A stretch of 63,224 nt of DNA, filler included, from Craspedostauros australis (lineage: Eukaryota), in NCBI GenBank assembly GCA_030167865.1. It is 7 parts of 7 records of this genome, joined end to end, with 100 filler letters (N's around TTAATTAATTAA, not from the genome) between each part and the next. Parts side by side here need not be neighbours in the genome. Positions count along the whole stretch, not along the records: positions 12,057 to 21,470 come from JALAGF010006657.1; positions 21,571 to 30,296 come from JALAGF010006662.1; 5 more parts are not named here. The stretch is one strand, 5' to 3'. This document shows positions 13,473 through 22,570 of this stretch, one piece after another; within the stretch, counting starts at the first letter, position 1; every line of letters begins with the position of its first letter. The position numbers were made by a program, and so were the translations under genes. The notes beneath the pieces were generated by a model. The model was given only the letters and a program-made list of their open reading frames with translations. It was not told where the DNA came from and made no database searches.

Positions 13473-16400
13473 CGACGTAACAGTACAGTCGTGAGAGTGT
13501 CAGGGAAGGCGAGGGACGCGATCCGGGAGACATGCCGTTGTTGGAGTGGTGCCGGGGCCAGACATGCGGATAGGATCTGCGATGAGGTCGGTCTCTGATG
13601 GGCCGCATTAATCCAGATCCCACGGCTGAGTCCGTCCGTCCCTTCTGTGATGATGGCGGTGCCGGGGATGTGGATGACTTGGAGGTGGCACGACAGGTGA
13701 AGCTCGAGCTGCTTGATCTTTCGAACCATCTTGTGCAGTTCCGGTGATGTGGAAGTGCCTCCATCGACAACANNNNNNNNNNNNNNNNNNNNNNNNNNNN
13801 NNNNNNNNNNNNNNNNNNNNNNTGATGTGGAAGTGCCTCCATCGACAACACAGTAGGTGCACATGTTGTCGGTGAAGTAGAAGAAGGTGGCGCCGAAGAC
13901 GTCCATGGCAGATGCTGGGTTGTTGGCGACCTGCTGCAGAGTGCTGAGTAGGGTGCGTAGCTCCTTCCAGTTGGATGAGTGGCGTGTTGCCACGAGGGAG
14001 GACCATGTGCCCATCCACATACATGAGGGTTGACTGGGGAAGAGGATGGTGCCACCGGTGCCTGTGCCACTGCCGTCTCCAAAGCTGCTGACGAGAATGT
14101 CGGTGCGGGTCGCGCGACCGCTTCGTGCGGTATCGTTGGTGAGCGCTGATCGCCACCATTGGAGGTCTTGTGTGACTGCGAGGGTGATAGCTGTGTAGCT
14201 GAAGTATGGTAGATCAGGTTGGTCCCATTCGCCGGGATGGACGAGTGTGTAGAGAGCCCGCAGGTAGTTGCGACCGAGGTATGATGGTGTGGCCTCGGCT
14301 ACGCTCTCCAACATGCCCGCCAGAACCGCGAGGGCGAGTCGGGAGACTCTTGTAGGTGTGGCTTCGATGTAGTCCAACACCGCGATGATCTTATCCCGTT
14401 TCAGCGGAGGAATGCGTAGGCGTGGTGTGCTCGTGGTGTCGAAAATCAGTCCAGTGTACTTGACGACCTGGCCGGGTGGCGTGAGCTTGCCAGGGTGACA
14501 GAGTAGGCCACAGTCCACCGACAGGTCGAGGAAGGCCGACAATGCCGCTGCGGTCTTGTGGTGTGTGGGTCCATGGATGATGAAGTCATCACAGTGGGCC
14601 CACACGAGAGCGGCGGGCGATCCGTCGGGTCCGATGGCCACAAGTCCCTGTCCTCTGGTGTGATCATAGTCCAGGCCTTGGTCGAATGCGGTCCACCACA
14701 TATTAGATCGTTGCGTGCCTTGGTATATCGGAGAATGCTCGCGTAGTCGTCGGAGGAAGGCAGTTCCTAGCCTGCATGCGATAGCCGGTGATTGGCTAGA
14801 TCCCATGGGCAGCCCAGCATACTGGTACATTTTTCCCGAAATCGGATGTTGGATGCCGAGAAATCGCCTTTCGTCAGGACGCGTTCGAAATTGGTAAAAA
14901 TACTTCGAAGCGTCCACCACCGCCGACCATCCACCGTGATACATTTGTTTCAAAATGTCGCGGCTTTTTCGAAAAATGGTCGGGTCGGCCCCAATAAACT
15001 CGTTGGTGCGGTTTTCTCGCATGTTGGCGATGATGCGCCATTGATCGGGCTGCATGGGTTTCGGTAGAGCAAAGAGGGGAGCATTGACGACCACCGGATG
15101 GAGTGGGTCTTGCGGCTCGACGACGCCGAGGCTGAGTAGCTCGTCAACGAAGTCCGCTGCCACCTGTTGTTGTTCAGCGGTCATGTCGGTGTTGTCATGG
15201 TATCCTGATTCCGGAGTGCCCAGAAAATTCATCGGACTCCCTTCTCGTAGATGGTCCCAGTGTTGCTGAGGGAATTCCCACCAGAGCACTCGTAGCTGTT
15301 TGGGGTCGGGGTGTGTGTCCGTGTAGTTGGTGCGGTGAACGCGTAGGTCGTCGAGTCCATCCTCGAGTAGCGAAGCGGATCGTTCTCCGTACCGTGTACA
15401 AGCCTGCCGCAGGTTGCCCACACGGTGCCGATGCCAATCGCTGCCGGGAGCGAGGTCGGGTGGGGACCATTGATATTGGGAGTCGCCGTTGTTGTCCTCG
15501 GTGATGGTTGGCTGGGTCTGTCTTCGTCGTCTTCGTCGTCGTCGTCGTCGTCGTTCTGTCGTTGGTGTCGTAGGTTGGGAGTGTTCGGAGTGCCGATGTA
15601 CTTGGCGGGCCAAGTCCATCAGCGGTGTGGAGAGGTACTCCAGCAGATGTTGTGACGGAGTGTGGAAAAGCGCTCGCCATTTCGCCTGCTTCAGCACCTC
15701 TCCGGGGAGCGAGCTGCCCAGGGCTTTCCCTAACTCGTCTGGAAAGAGGCGTCGGACGCCTCTATCCGTCTGAATAAGGGCAAGCCCGTCCATTGGCATT
15801 GCAGATGTTGCGCTGTCAACGACCGACTGGGCGTTGCTCTTCGTTATATAGCATCGTCGAGGAACTCCGCAATGACGAAGACAGTTCGCCATGCTTCGCT
15901 CGGATGCAGGTTGGAGGTCTGGCCAGTCGATGCCAGATGCCGTCCACGTTGTTGCCGCCCTCACCACCACCGTATAAATCACCGATACCGCTCCACCCAT
16001 TCGTTGATTGGGGAGGGCCTTGATTTGTGTTCCATAACCGAAGTCCATCCAGAGCTTGCACTCCCGTTTGGAGGCTGCATGTTGTATCCATCCCAGGTGG
16101 GGTCCGGTCCATATCTCGATGATCAGCCGAGGTCGTAGGTTGACTTGGCAGTGGAGGACCCAACTACGCCATTCTGTATTCTGGACCCCATGGGCGACCA
16201 GAAAATCCACCGGAAGCTCGTTTAGAACCCGGTGAGACACTCTTGCCGTCGACCCAAGGAATTGGGTCGAGTCCGGGTACGTCCGAAACGTGTGGGGCAA
16301 GCCGTCGTCATGTGTGCAAAGGACATGCTCGAAAGCGGGCCAGATGCTGCTGGTCATGTGGAGACCGAAGTTCAGTGTTGCGTAGCGCAATGAACAGATA

Positions 16401-16576
16401 GAGGACGTGGGGAGTTGTTTCGTGGATAATGCAACAATATCTGCTAAGTTAGAGCTTAGTAGTATGTCGCTCGGGCCGTCTGGATTGTCGATGTGCGTGT
16501 GTGTGGTGTCTGGGATGGTCGGTGGTATCGGTGTTTGTTGGTTGGCGTTGAGGTGGGCACGAGTTGTGGGCAGCAC
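13211..16576 (-). CDS. Pol: C5-MTase-like N-domain + reverse transcriptase + DIRS-type RNase H + degenerate methyltransferase-like C-terminus
   Basis: RT: VVDASKYFYQF, YAGLPMGSSQSP, WAHCDDF (14585-14596). RNase H: FGDGSG, SSNWKEL, FTDN, HIPG...TDGLSR. C-terminal WAPPPE...VILVP resembles the DIRS NPP/lvvP region. The gap at 13773-13822 is an assembly overlap. Confidence 0.88.
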   Translation of the reverse strand: MLPTTRAHLNANQQTPIPPTIPDTTHTHIDNPDGPSDILLSSNLADIVALSTKQLPTSSICSLRYATLNFGLHMTSSIWPAFEHVLCTHDDGLPHTFRTYPDSTQFLGSTARVSHRVLNELPVDFLVAHGVQNTEWRSWVLHCQVNLRPRLIIEIWTGPHLGWIQHAASKRECKLWMDFGYGTQIKALPNQRMGGAVSVIYTVVVRAATTWTASGIDWPDLQPASERSMANCLRHCGVPRRCYITKSNAQSVVDSATSAMPMDGLALIQTDRGVRRLFPDELGKALGSSLPGEVLKQAKWRALFHTPSQHLLEYLSTPLMDLARQVHRHSEHSQPTTPTTERRRRRRRRRRRQTQPTITEDNNGDSQYQWSPPDLAPGSDWHRHRVGNLRQACTRYGERSASLLEDGLDDLRVHRTNYTDTHPDPKQLRVLWWEFPQQHWDHLREGSPMNFLGTPESGYHDNTDMTAEQQQVAADFVDELLSLGVVEPQDPLHPVVVNAPLFALPKPMQPDQWRIIANMRENRTNEFIGADPTIFRKSRDILKQMYHGGWSAVVDASKYFYQFRTRPDERRFLGIQHPISGKMYQYAGLPMGSSQSPAIACRLGTAFLRRLREHSPIYQGTQRSNMWWTAFDQGLDYDHTRGQGLVAIGPDGSPAALVWAHCDDFIIHGPTHHKTAAALSAFLDLSVDCGLLCHPGKLTPPGQVVKYTGLIFDTTSTPRLRIPPLKRDKIIAVLDYIEATPTRVSRLALAVLAGMLESVAEATPSYLGRNYLRALYTLVHPGEWDQPDLPYFSYTAITLAVTQDLQWWRSALTNDTARSGRATRTDILVSSFGDGSGTGTGGTILFPSQPSCMWMGTWSSLVATRHSSNWKELRTLLSTLQQVANNPASAMDVFGATFFYFTDNMCTYCVVDGGTSTSXXXXXXXXXXXXXXXXXVVDGGTSTSPELHKMVRKIKQLELHLSCHLQVIHIPGTAIITEGTDGLSRGIWINAAHQRPTSSQILSACLAPAPLQQRHVSRIASLAFPDTLTTVLLRRWDRPWSPEGCMNCITLWAPPPELAYQLIYFLLGCWAEQPLDTGFVILVPRVLQRTFVRLSRHLIRVGVFTNDDLSLSLFFFASQHS

Positions 16577-16606
16577 AGAAAGGAGAGAGACAAAGCAAAC
16601 ACAGGG

Positions 16607-17533
16607 TTAGGTATCATCCTCTTCTCCGCCTCCGCGCTTCGCGATTGCTTCCTGCAGGATGCGAGTGATAACGTCGGCGGCCTTCTCGCCTTGGTTCACA
16701 CATTTCGCGACCTGTTTGGCTTTCGCCATCGCCACCTTCTTCTTGAAGAGATACCCGAATGGGCATCCGCTGTCGCGGATCTCATGGACCTTGCTGGATC
16801 CTCCGCAGTGCTTGCACTTCTTCCGACCTGTTTCGGTTGGAGCAGTGTCAGTGTCATCCTTCGTTGCCGAGGAGGGACCGAGGGTGCCGATTGCGCGCTG
16901 CTGAAATTTCTCCAGGACCTTCAGGTTGCACCAACCGCCTCTTGCTCCTTCGCGTACGATGATGTACGTGCGAAAGATCATGAGATTGCGGGAGGACGCG
17001 AAGTTGCGTGCGTCAAAGAGAGCCTTGGCGTAGTGCTCGAGGTATACCTCGGCAGAGTCCTCCCATCCGTTGGCTGTCTTGAAGGCCTCCTCTTGGAGTT
17101 TGAGGAGGAGTTCGTGACAGTACATCAAGAACAGCTTGAGGATGGGTCGCCGTCCTCCGCCTTGCTGGTAGAGCGTGATTTGCTCATCAGTGTAGCAGCC
17201 GTGGCGGAGAATGTGACCCACATTGTTGAGATAGCGGGTCATCACGTTGTCGCAGATGCTGTTGAAGTCACCCGCGAGTTCGCTGAGGTCTTCAGAGGTC
17301 TTGATGCGGCCGAGAGCGTGGCGAGTCTTGGTGCGCCAGTTGGAGTCGGTGGCGATGAGACCGGCAGATCGAGCGGTTTGGTTGCGGATGTCTCCGAAGG
17401 CGGAGGCGAGTTCTTCAATGGATGTGCGTTCATCAGTGACCTTACCTGGTTGGCTGGTGACGTCGATGGCGGCTTTGGCGAGTTCAGTCTGGATCTCTTG
17501 GCTGGCGTGTGGCGGGGCGAGGTGTTTGAGCAT
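16607..17533 (-). CDS. Gag-like ORF, C-terminal part with zinc-knuckle-like motif; in frame with the upstream ORF
   Basis: KCKHCGGSSKVHEIRDSGCPF; separated from the upstream ORF only by TGA CGC. Confidence 0.6.
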   Translation of the reverse strand: MLKHLAPPHASQEIQTELAKAAIDVTSQPGKVTDERTSIEELASAFGDIRNQTARSAGLIATDSNWRTKTRHALGRIKTSEDLSELAGDFNSICDNVMTRYLNNVGHILRHGCYTDEQITLYQQGGGRRPILKLFLMYCHELLLKLQEEAFKTANGWEDSAEVYLEHYAKALFDARNFASSRNLMIFRTYIIVREGARGGWCNLKVLEKFQQRAIGTLGPSSATKDDTDTAPTETGRKKCKHCGGSSKVHEIRDSGCPFGYLFKKKVAMAKAKQVAKCVNQGEKAADVITRILQEAIAKRGGGEEDDT

Positions 17534-17536
17534 GCG

Positions 17537-18898
17537 TCATTCGTTGTCGATGGCTTCGCCGAAGATCTGTTTCTTATCGCCCTTGGACGAGTCTTCGCCC
17601 AGGAACTGTTCGATACCCATGCTGGTGGAGCCAGACGGGGCCCGCTCTGGGAGAGGGGCTGTCGCCGCTTGGGACTCGGCGGGTGTGTTTCCTGGGTATG
17701 TTGCTCCTGCCGGGTGTGGGCGGTCGTGTGACATCGGCTGGCTGTAGATGGGTGCGGTTGTCGTTGAGGCACGGAGGTAGGCATCGGCTTCAGCGAAGGA
17801 AGCACACCGAACAACTCGGGCGGTGCTTCCGGTGCCTGCTTGAGCGATGGCCTCAGCCGCCGAGGTGTACACCCCGGGGCGTCGTCCATCGATCGCCACA
17901 TACCATTCGGTGTCCGTGGTTGGGGCAGGCGCAGGAGCGAGACTCGGGGAGGGACGGCCATGTTGGAGCAGTTGCGTGATTTGCGCCTGCTGATTCGCCA
18001 GTGCCCGCAACATTGCTTGCCTGGTCTCCTCTGACTTGCGTTGGTGGAGCTCCATCGCTTCACGGTTGAGGGATGCTTGATGGCGCACCACATGCATGAG
18101 TTCGTCGGCTGCGGTGGTGGCCAGAGCAGGAGGAGAGTAGTGTGTTCCGTGCTGGGAGGAGAGGGCTGGACGGGAGACGACCGGGACGGGGCGCATCAAT
18201 GGTGCCGGGGGTGTGCGACCGGATGCCACTGGTTGGGTGGTCGGTGGCGGGCCAGCGGGGTTGGTCTTGATGCGGACGGGTGGCGTCGGTTGCACATCGA
18301 TGCCCGGTTGTACGTCGCTGCCGGGTCGTCCTGCCGGCTTGGTGTCGAGGTCGAATCCAACCACTCCGACGCTTTTGGAGTCGCTATCGTTGCGAGCAGC
18401 GGCATCCGTGATATCCATCTTGCCGACAGCTTCGAGATCGCGGAGCGCGGCGGCACGAGTAGAGTCGTATGCGGCGCGGCTCTGGTGGCTGCTCTCGATG
18501 AGATCGCGTCGGGGTGCTCCGCCAAGCGTGGTTGTGTCGAGGCATTGGTACACTCCCGCGAGTCCACGTCGGTCAGGGTTGCGGCGAAGGGCATGGTGGT
18601 TGCTGCGGCGGCACTCGCTGGCCAAGTTAGCGCAGAGTAGAGTGTGGCCGTCCTCCGACTTAGAGGAGAGGCGGACCAGACAGATGCGGTCGTCTGCCAT
18701 GACGTGTCCAATGGCCATTCCGATCCCGACTTGGTCGAGGAGAGTGTCGCTGCCCATGTCACCAGAGCGGGCGGATCCGCTGGCTACCGGGGATACAGTC
18801 TCGACTGTGATCCCGGGCCCGGAATCAGCCGGAGGCATGCTGGCGAAAGCGGAGGCTTCAGACGCAAGAAGCGAGGAGAGATTGGGTGGGTCGGTCAT
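17537..18898 (-). CDS. Gag-like ORF, N-terminal part: Cys/His motif plus RNase H1 N-terminal (viroplasmin-like) hybrid-binding domain
   Basis: CLVRL...CANLASECRRSNHH. WYVAIDGRRPGVYTSAAEA...CASFAEADAYL fits the yYaV..Gr.pGvy..w.e....F.t..eA..yl pattern. Confidence 0.65.
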   Translation of the reverse strand: MTDPPNLSSLLASEASAFASMPPADSGPGITVETVSPVASGSARSGDMGSDTLLDQVGIGMAIGHVMADDRICLVRLSSKSEDGHTLLCANLASECRRSNHHALRRNPDRRGLAGVYQCLDTTTLGGAPRRDLIESSHQSRAAYDSTRAAALRDLEAVGKMDITDAAARNDSDSKSVGVVGFDLDTKPAGRPGSDVQPGIDVQPTPPVRIKTNPAGPPPTTQPVASGRTPPAPLMRPVPVVSRPALSSQHGTHYSPPALATTAADELMHVVRHQASLNREAMELHQRKSEETRQAMLRALANQQAQITQLLQHGRPSPSLAPAPAPTTDTEWYVAIDGRRPGVYTSAAEAIAQAGTGSTARVVRCASFAEADAYLRASTTTAPIYSQPMSHDRPHPAGATYPGNTPAESQAATAPLPERAPSGSTSMGIEQFLGEDSSKGDKKQIFGEAIDNE

Positions 18899-19673
18899 GG
18901 TGAGGACTCAAGAAGAAGGTGAAAAGCGTGAAGTGGTGTAGAAAGGCGTTGTTTTGTTGCTAGGTTACCCCTGAGCAAGCGTTGCGGGAAGCGTTATCCG
19001 AAGCGAGGAGTGTGACAATTCTGTTGTCTTTTCCAAATTGTGCGCGTTTCGGTTGTTGCTTGTCTCATCGCTTCTCTTGCTTGTTGTTTCTTTTCTCTCT
19101 TTCTCCTTTCTCTTGCAGGCTCCTCAGTCTCCTCGTGTTCGATCTCTTTCGTTTCTCATTTGCTCGAAGCGGGTCTTGGTCCGGCTTCACTATCCGATTG
19201 CATCTCCTCTGATGGGTTTGCAATTGGTGTCCTCGATAGCGCATTCCGTGTTTTTCGAGTTTTTGTTTGTGTGTCGATTTGTCGCCGCGGGCGATCATTT
19301 TGTGAGCTCCGCATTGCCATCAAATGGCCGTTGTCGCACATGGTTCGAATTGTCCTTACTTAGGAATATGGCCCATGTGTGGCCGTTATAACCGTTAAGT
19401 TTGGGTCTCCATTGCGGGGTGATGCACATGGCTTGCATTCCCGCTTGTGTATCCCGTCTTCTTCCTGCGGATGATGCCCTGGAGTCGTATGGGTCGTCTG
19501 TATCAACCAGTCAATTATGTCTAGAAGTGACCCAATTGTTTGTGTTTGTGGTACCACTCTTCTGGAATCGCTAAATTGAAAAGGCGTACGTAGACCCAGT
19601 AGGTTTTGAATTCGCGTAAGAGTCAGTACTGAAACCTACGGTTATCGCCAACGGTTTCGGAACTCGCGAACGT

Positions 19674-20417
19674 ATGCAACAACCAATGACAGAAAACATA
19701 AAATTTAAAGACAAGACAAAGCGTCGAAGGAGCATCATTGCACCAGCAAAGGCAAGCAAAGACGGAGCTTCCGGTGGCGAAAAAACGCGTAAGAAACAAG
19801 TGAATTTCGGAGGAGTTACGGTCTCAAGCAACGACAAACAAGGCATCGCCAAAAAGCAGACGATGTGGACAGCAGCAGAGGAACGGAAAGCCAAGAGGAA
19901 GATGACGGAAGGGAGTGCCAAGCCGTACGCCGAGTGCGTGGGAGGAGGAGACTCGATCAATACGGCATGGAAGGTGATCCGCAACTACCTGAACAGTGAG
20001 AGAGGGGACATGGAGACGATGGAGGAGTGGATAGACGTGTTTACCAAAGGCAGAGCATGCCATTGGGACGCCGCCACAAACCAGAAAGTCCAAGAGACAG
20101 AAGCAAGGCTGCTGGCAACGCGGGCTGAGGTGTTCCCACCAACGTTTTGGGACGAAGGTTGCATCATCGGGAGCATCCTCACCAACCCATGGATAGTCGC
20201 TCGCATTGTCAACACGAGCTCAGCGTCGGAATCTCCGGAGAAGCGCAGGAAGACTGAGACGACACGTGAAGCCAAGACAAAGGCACCCAAGAAGAAGGCA
20301 CCAGATAAGGAGAAGACAAGTGGCGGAAAGGGAAAGGACGCCAACAAACAAGTCCAAGCCGACACCACTAGAGTCGCTGTCAAGGCAAACAACAAAGACC
20401 AAGCAAAGAACTGTTAG
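19674..20417 (+). CDS. Hypothetical Lys-rich protein (247 aa), divergent from the DIRS-like element
   Basis: Intronless ORF with basic low-complexity ends and a globular-looking centre (WKVIRNYL...FPPTFWDEG). No family recognised. Confidence 0.4.
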   Translation: MQQPMTENIKFKDKTKRRRSIIAPAKASKDGASGGEKTRKKQVNFGGVTVSSNDKQGIAKKQTMWTAAEERKAKRKMTEGSAKPYAECVGGGDSINTAWKVIRNYLNSERGDMETMEEWIDVFTKGRACHWDAATNQKVQETEARLLATRAEVFPPTFWDEGCIIGSILTNPWIVARIVNTSSASESPEKRRKTETTREAKTKAPKKKAPDKEKTSGGKGKDANKQVQADTTRVAVKANNKDQAKNC

Positions 20418-21699
20418 GGTTTACAGTAACCTGTAACCTTAGGGTAACAACCGTGTTATTTCAAAAAGTGACATTTCAACTCAATCGAAGACTGGTGATT
20501 ACAGCTACTGATCTGTATCCATGCACTGGCATGTTGTATTAGCGCACGCTAAATCTCTAACAATAGCGACACCCGTCGACCAATCAGAAATATCCACTTT
20601 TCTTACCTTTTCCGTTCCGAACGGAAATTTTGGTCGAAAATCCGTTGTGTCAAATTTGTGTCGCATTTCGCGTCGCAGGAATCGTTTTCCCGTCAAACAC
20701 AGTTCCAAAATGTCGTGGAAATTGATTTCTTGCCAAGATGAACCAATCTGCCCAATCAGGACAGACTTGGATCTTGGGTGTGACATGTGCGAATCTTACC
20801 NNNNNNNNNNNNNNNNNNNNNNNNNGTGCGAATCTTACCAAGACCTTCTCAAGTGAATACGATCAATCGTGTGATCGTACTACTAGCAACATCGTGAGAA
20901 GATGTAATTCACAACACGGGCTATCGCGATGTTTTGTTCATTGACCTTTTGCACCTCATCTTCACGCAGTAACACACACATTTGCCGTGTTGTCTCCGTG
21001 TTAATTTCACTTGCAATTTGCATGAGACCTGTCATGTCTCTCTCATGCTCACAGTTCTCAAGAANNNNNNNNNNNNNNNNNNNNNNNNNNNNNNNNNNNN
21101 NNNNNNNNNNNNNNNNNNNNNNNNNNNNNNNNNNNNNNNNNNNNNNNNNNNNNNNNNNNNNNNNNNNNNNNNNNNNNNNNNNNNNNNNNNNNNNNNNNNN
21201 NNNNNNNNNNNNNNNNNNNNNNNNNNNNNNNNNNNNNNNNNNNNNNNTGACAATCCATCCATCCTTCATCCCTCGTCCATCCACGAGCGATCCCTTCACC
21301 TTCCATCACGTGACGACGTGATTTCGGCTTTCCTTCGGCTTTCTCGCATTCGCAGAACGCCCTCCTTTCGGTTCCCCTGCTGAGTCCGGGCCTTCCCACT
21401 CAGCCATCCAAGACTTCCTGCAGCACCCTCCCGCACCAGAAGACGATTCAGTCAGTGCACTCCAGCCTCANNNNNNNNNNNNNNNNNNNNNNNNNNNNNN
21501 NNNNNNNNNNNNNNTTAATTAATTAANNNNNNNNNNNNNNNNNNNNNNNNNNNNNNNNNNNNNNNNNNNNGCAGGCCAAACATCCGAAACTGAACTAGTG
21601 AGTTGAGACTACTGAATTAAAAGGAGTATTCTATAGCCTATATTACTGTATTACAATGTGGTAAATTGGAGCATGGTGCTCTCTTGACTGCTTCATCTG

Positions 21700-22570
21700 G
21701 GCTGCAGCACTGCTGGCGCCATTGTTGTGTTGAAGCTGCATGTGGTGTTGCTGTCTTCTATTGCTGCTGCCTGCCACTCGTGTTGCTAAGGTTTCTGTGG
21801 CTGGGTTGCTGCAGTCTTCCACTTGTGCCATTGTCTGCTCTTGTTGCTGCATCCACTGCTGCTCCTATTTGTGCTCTTGCTTGTGTGTTCTGTTTGCGTC
21901 GCTGCTTGTACTCCTGCTCGCACTCCTGCTGTGTTGCTGCTGGCGCTCTTGCTTGTGTTTCTGTTTGTGTTGTTGCTTGTGTTTCTGTTCGTGCTCTTGC
22001 TTGTGCTCCTGCTTATGTCACTGCTCGGACTCCTGCTCGCACTCCTGCTTGCACTCCTGCGTGTGTTGCTGCATGTGTCGCTGCTCGTGCTTGTGCTCCT
22101 GCTCGCACTCCTGCTTGTGTTGCTGCTTGTGTTTCTGGTTGTGTCGCTGCTCGTACTCCTGCTCACGCTCCTGTGTGTGTTGCTGCTTGTGTTTCTGTTT
22201 GTGTTGCTGCGTGCGTCGCTGCTCGTGCTTCTGCTCGCACTCCTGCTTTGTTTCTGTTTGTATTACTGCTCGTGTTGCTGCTTGTGTCCTTGCTCGTGCT
22301 CGTGCTCGTGCTCTCGCTCCTGATCATACTCTTGCTTGTGTCGCTGCTTGTTTCACTGCTTGCGTTGCTGCATGTGTCGCTGCTCGTGCTTGTGCTCCTG
22401 CTCGCACTCCTGCTTGTGTTGCTGCTTGTGTTTCTGGTTGTGTTGCTGCTTGTTCACCTGCTCGCGCTCCTGCTGTGTTTGTGTTGCAGCTCATGCTCTT
22501 GCTTGTGTTGTGTTTGTGTTTGTGTTGCTGCTTGTGCTCCAGCTCGTGCTCTTGCATGTGTTGCTGGTGC
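21700..22570. repeat. Degenerate 6/12-nt minisatellite (TGCTCG/TGCTTG/TGTTGC) with an internal ~85-bp duplication
   Basis: Extreme T/G/C skew; 22059-22144 recurs at 22361-22443. Confidence 0.8.

Larger units (their letters stand above)
12057..18898 (-). mobile_element. Tyrosine-recombinase (DIRS-like) retrotransposon, 3' end cut by a linker
   Basis: Order gag-like, RT/RNase H/MT-like, YR on one strand. No DDE integrase or protease is visible. Confidence 0.88.

Noticed and set aside
13745..13851. Duplicated VVDGGTSTS in RNase H; likewise GTGCGAATCTTACC around 20787-20840
   Set aside because: Identical sequence either side of an N gap indicates unmerged contig overlap.
15521..15553. Poly-Arg as a functional motif in pol
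   Set aside because: It comes from a (CGA)n microsatellite in an interdomain linker.
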